DNA from: a virus | Reading direction: 5' to 3' (one strand) | Virus record (IMG/VR): IMGVR_UViG_3300045988_080466 | Length of the DNA stretch: 64,000 bases | Shown: piece by piece, positions 61,337-64,000 of the stretch | Position numbering within the stretch: position 1 is the first letter of the stretch | How the letters are laid out: each line of letters begins with the position of its first letter | Position numbers and translations under genes: made by a program | The notes under the pieces: generated by a model | The model's input: the letters and a program-made list of their open reading frames with translations, nothing else | Databases searched by the model: none | What the model was told of the DNA's origin: nothing

Positions 61337-61597
61337 TTATTCTAATTCCTGAATCTGTTTCATAACTTCAGTTACTTTATCTTTAGTGAGATGAGGTAAA
61401 ACATCACTAGTAATTGAAGTACTATAATCTATATATCCTTCTTCATCAAGAACAGCAACTTCATATGTATCTACTCCATTAGAGTAAAACCAGCTTCCGC
61501 ATACCACACTAATTCCACGACCATTGTCAAAGAACAGATGTGCTATTATTCCACCTAAAGGATGTGGTTCGAAAATCAAATCATCAAATGTTTTCAT
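61337..61597 (-). CDS. hypothetical protein (86 aa)
   Basis: ORF ending 9 nt before the tmRNA 5' end. Confidence 0.5.
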   Translation of the reverse strand: MKTFDDLIFEPHPLGGIIAHLFFDNGRGISVVCGSWFYSNGVDTYEVAVLDEEGYIDYSTSITSDVLPHLTKDKVTEVMKQIQELE

Positions 61598-61764
61598 TTC
61601 TTTTTTACTTTAAATTGATAGTATTCGTTCCATCTGTTATTTATAGAGGCTTTGGACTCTCATATCTAAGATATGGCTACATTAAACGGGCGATTTGCCC
61701 TGTATTCACATACAAGACAAATCTTTACTAATTTAAAAAAATGAAGTAACAACATAAATTTTTG

Positions 61765-61839
61765 AGGGAATGAAGAGATTCGAACTCTCAACCTTACCGT
61801 TCGTAGCGGTATGCTCTAATCCAATTGAGCTACATTCCC
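61765..61839 (-). tRNA. tRNA-Arg (ACG)
   Basis: GGGAATG acceptor, loop CTACGAA, canonical D and T arms. Confidence 0.85.
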
Positions 61840-62188
61840 GACCAGCGGATTTCCCCGCTTTTGTCATATTCGCTTTATAAAAAATGGTTGTAATGGTTAC
61901 CAACCCGGCTGGATTTCGTCTTGGCCTTCGACTACTTGGAATATAGCAATTATTCCTTTCTCATTACCACTATCTTGGAAATATAAATACACTGCTTTCA
62001 TAATACTGTTTCATCTATAAACATCGTTGTTTAGCGGGCTGTATTATTAAATAGTATGATAGTCAGTCTCTATCAGAGTGTTGCGCACCACTCAACAGTA
62101 TATTGAAAGTCATACAAGGCCTGACTCCCTTATTGGCACAATTAATAAATATAATATAACTAAAATCAATTATTCATAAGATTGGATT

Positions 62189-62458
62189 TTAAATGCCTTC
62201 TGCTTCGAGAGCAATAGGCAACGACTGTGCAACAGTGAGTTGCAAGTCAAATGTGTTAATACCATTGTTACTGCCGCAGAGGTAGAGTTCGTCAATCAAA
62301 TTCTTACACTCATCGCGTTCATTTGGGTTGTCGACTTGGGCGAGTTCCATTTCTGTATCAACTATACCCGAAAACAAAATACCTGGAAGATAGATTTTCT
62401 TATCCTCTTCTGATAATGATTCAATCACTGCATTTACTGGAAGTTCTTTCAATTTCAT
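62189..62458 (-). CDS. hypothetical acidic protein (89 aa)
   Basis: ORF. Confidence 0.5.
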   Translation of the reverse strand: MKLKELPVNAVIESLSEEDKKIYLPGILFSGIVDTEMELAQVDNPNERDECKNLIDELYLCGSNNGINTFDLQLTVAQSLPIALEAEGI

Positions 62459-62520
62459 ATTGTTCTAAGATTTGAGCTCTATTAGTGACTACAAATATCC
62501 TTTACGGAATCTTAACGGTG

Positions 62521-62757
62521 TTACAGTTCATTAACTAATGCTGTAATTTCATCCTGCACATCGTCAATACATTCGCGGAAGTTTTCGACAATTGCAAGAT
62601 TTTCTTCAGTTGGCTCTTGAGCCCATGCGAGTTCAGCCTTCTCTAAGTAACCCAAGAGTTTACGGCGACGTTCGTTCAACTTCTCTAATCTTTCTTCAGG
62701 ATGTTCTCCTTCCAAGATAAGAGCAAAAAATACTGATGTTATAACTCTTCTTTGCAT
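62521..62757 (-). CDS. hypothetical helical protein (78 aa)
   Basis: ORF. Confidence 0.45.
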   Translation of the reverse strand: MQRRVITSVFFALILEGEHPEERLEKLNERRRKLLGYLEKAELAWAQEPTEENLAIVENFRECIDDVQDEITALVNEL

Positions 62758-62990
62758 TGTTTAAAGAATTTATTACGGATATAGTTAATGAATAGGAGAA
62801 TTGGAGATAATGCAAGTATGTTCATACAAACAGTATCAAAAAGGTTCCAATTCCAGTGAGTGATTTCGTAGCCTGCAATATACTTAATTGCAACTCCAGT
62901 TGTAGCTAACAGAATTAAGGCACTGATTAACAGACCAAGGCAAACAATCCCAACTAAGATTAATGCCACTACATTCTTTATTATATTCAT
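62739..62990 (-). CDS. membrane protein (83 aa, 2-3 TM)
   Basis: Hydrophobic throughout. Confidence 0.5.
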   Translation of the reverse strand: MNIIKNVVALILVGIVCLGLLISALILLATTGVAIKYIAGYEITHWNWNLFDTVCMNILALSPILLFINYIRNKFFKQCKEEL

Positions 62991-63099
62991 CTATGTTTAT
63001 TAGTTAAAATAAAAAATAGGATATAAATAGGGTTAAAAAATACAGAATGAGCGAATTAATTGTAATTGACTACATCCACTGTATTTCTGGTGAGTTTTT

Positions 63100-63129
63100 G
63101 AAAATTGGAAAAATTGGGAAAATAGTGGG
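63100..63129. repeat. three tandem about 10-bp A-rich repeats
   Basis: GAAAATTGG AAAAATTGGG AAAATAGTGGG. Confidence 0.5.
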
Positions 63130-63167
63130 CGAACGGTAGAGTCCTCTCGCGCTCCTATCTACCCTCC

Positions 63168-63386
63168 TCACACCGGCAAGACTCGAATTATTTCCCAAAC
63201 TGTTGCTTTACTTTGCTTAAAAAGAAGTAAATACATTAAGGGAGTTGTGGGATAACATTGTGAACAAGGGAGATATTCATTTGTCCGCATGTCACGAATC
63301 CGCTTAACCTTTTCATCTGTAACATATCCTAGAACAGTTTTAAACTGTCCAGTCTTTTTTCCATAGTGCTTCGTTGCTGTATACAT
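63168..63386 (-). CDS. doubtful ORF (72 aa)
   Basis: Only ORF in a 490-nt gap; composition atypical. Confidence 0.25.
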   Translation of the reverse strand: MYTATKHYGKKTGQFKTVLGYVTDEKVKRIRDMRTNEYLPCSQCYPTTPLMYLLLFKQSKATVWEIIRVLPV

Positions 63387-63432
63387 GGCTACATGCTGCT
63401 TTAGATTATAGGAGTGCTACATGAAGGATAAT

Positions 63433-63459
63433 AAAAAGGATAGTCATTTCTGACTATCC
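63433..63459 (-). terminator. rho-independent terminator (minus strand)
   Basis: Perfect 9-bp stem GGATAGTCA/TGACTATCC, loop TTTC, followed in minus sense by TTTTTATT. Confidence 0.85.
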
Positions 63460-63481
63460 TATTGGTTTACAGATTAACAGA

Positions 63482-64000
63482 TTAACGGGTAAACGGTAAA
63501 TCTATGTTTGCAGCGTCAAAATGTGATTTTAGATTTTCGTCTTGCGAAGCGTCGTATAATTCTTTCAATACCTCACCAACTTTTTCGTAAATCTTTTCAT
63601 TTACTTTTGCTTCAAATAGCCAGCGTTTACGAACTGTTGTGCCTTCCATTGTGGGCTGTCCGTTTGCGTCAAAACCAATATTAACACAGTTCTTTTGCTC
63701 AATTGGTGCAATTTCCCGTTTTTCTTTCCACCACGTTTCAATAGTTTCGTAAGCTGATTTTCCGTTTTGGCGCGAACTTCCTGCAATGATTTCAACCTGT
63801 GGCATTTTTCTAATCATTTCGAGAGTGCAATTTTCGGGCAAAGTATCACTTTCGCAAACATTTGCCGTTCTTTGTACCCCACGTACTGAAACGCTGCCAA
63901 TTTTTACAAATTCCAAATTTTCAGGATTGAACAACAAAGTAACAAAAGCCGCATACGGTTTTGCACCGCCTCTAATTGTTTTAGGCTCAATAATAGGGGT
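63482..64000 (-). CDS. hypothetical protein, partial (frame stays open to window end)
   Basis: Track ORF begins at a TTG, but the frame is open upstream to position 64000 (…TPIIEPKTIRGGAKPYAAFVTLLFNPENLEF…); GC-richer than the phage core. Confidence 0.55.
   Translation of the reverse strand, partial: TPIIEPKTIRGGAKPYAAFVTLLFNPENLEFVKIGSVSVRGVQRTANVCESDTLPENCTLEMIRKMPQVEIIAGSSRQNGKSAYETIETWWKEKREIAPIEQKNCVNIGFDANGQPTMEGTTVRKRWLFEAKVNEKIYEKVGEVLKELYDASQDENLKSHFDAANIDLPFTR

Noticed and set aside
43530-61839. Stop-codon recoding (suppressor tRNAs)
   Set aside because: No tRNA with a CUA, UCA or UUA anticodon was found, and the long genes in the window read through in the standard code with all three stops used as terminators.
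13-63795. All plus-strand ORFs in the track (for example 36306..36959 217 aa, 27552..28049 165 aa, 3317..3757 146 aa) and nested minus-strand ORFs (5514..5756, 8298..8492, 10637..10822, 17275..17466, 24372..24557, 32115..32321, 47489..47722, 56971..57177, 59639..59830, 63601..63795)
   Set aside because: Each lies antisense to, or out of frame inside, a longer minus-strand gene with recognisable motifs or tight translational coupling. Their translations are low-complexity (Ser/Leu/Phe/Ile-rich), typical of AT-rich antisense frames.
62991-64000. Prophage-host junction or attachment site near 63 kb
   Set aside because: There is no integrase, no tRNA-overlapping direct repeat and no recognisable host housekeeping gene. 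The downstream gene is on the same strand with a phage-like terminator. The observation is kept only as a compositional note.

Overview
Gene-dense, AT-rich segment of a large dsDNA bacteriophage or phage-derived element. Every gene and RNA I can support lies on the minus strand; the plus-strand ORFs in the track look like antisense artefacts. (1) About 1-33.7 kb is a replication, nucleotide-metabolism and recombination module: the N-terminus of a family-A DNA polymerase, ATP-dependent DNA ligase, dUTPase, Dda/RecD-like helicase, anaerobic ribonucleotide reductase NrdD+NrdG, TOPRIM primase, DnaB-like helicase, P-loop ATPase, SSB-like protein, RecE-like exonuclease, Hjc-like resolvase and an SF2 helicase. 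It also carries an RNA-repair pair (T4-type polynucleotide kinase/phosphatase plus an Rnl5-like RNA ligase) and an accessory block of four paralogs sharing an N-terminal ITNSSS motif, a radical-SAM enzyme and an ADP-ribosylglycohydrolase. (2) About 34-43 kb holds small membrane, lipoprotein and unknown genes, a ferritin-like protein, two transglutaminase-fold Cys-His paralogs and an SPFH protein. (3) About 43.5-61.9 kb is an RNA island. It has 23 tRNAs covering 19 amino acids (no Val seen), a long tmRNA, a Ro60-like TROVE/vWA protein, RNase H, a MazG-like protein and a J-domain protein. It also has a nine-copy structured-RNA family placed just upstream of tRNA 5' ends, one copy of which encloses a circularly permuted, YrlA-like tRNA mimic. 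Several ORF-free, hairpin-dense spacers also occur. Four or five tRNAs whose anticodon and discriminator indicate class I identities carry long, mostly GNRA-capped variable arms. Seven near-identical TTTG-N19/20-TATCTTTG promoters (Bacteroidota sigma-A type), together with NrdDG, point to an anaerobic Bacteroidota host. All calls come from reading the sequence and translations by eye; no searches were run. tRNA and small-ORF coordinates were hand-derived and may be off by a few nt.
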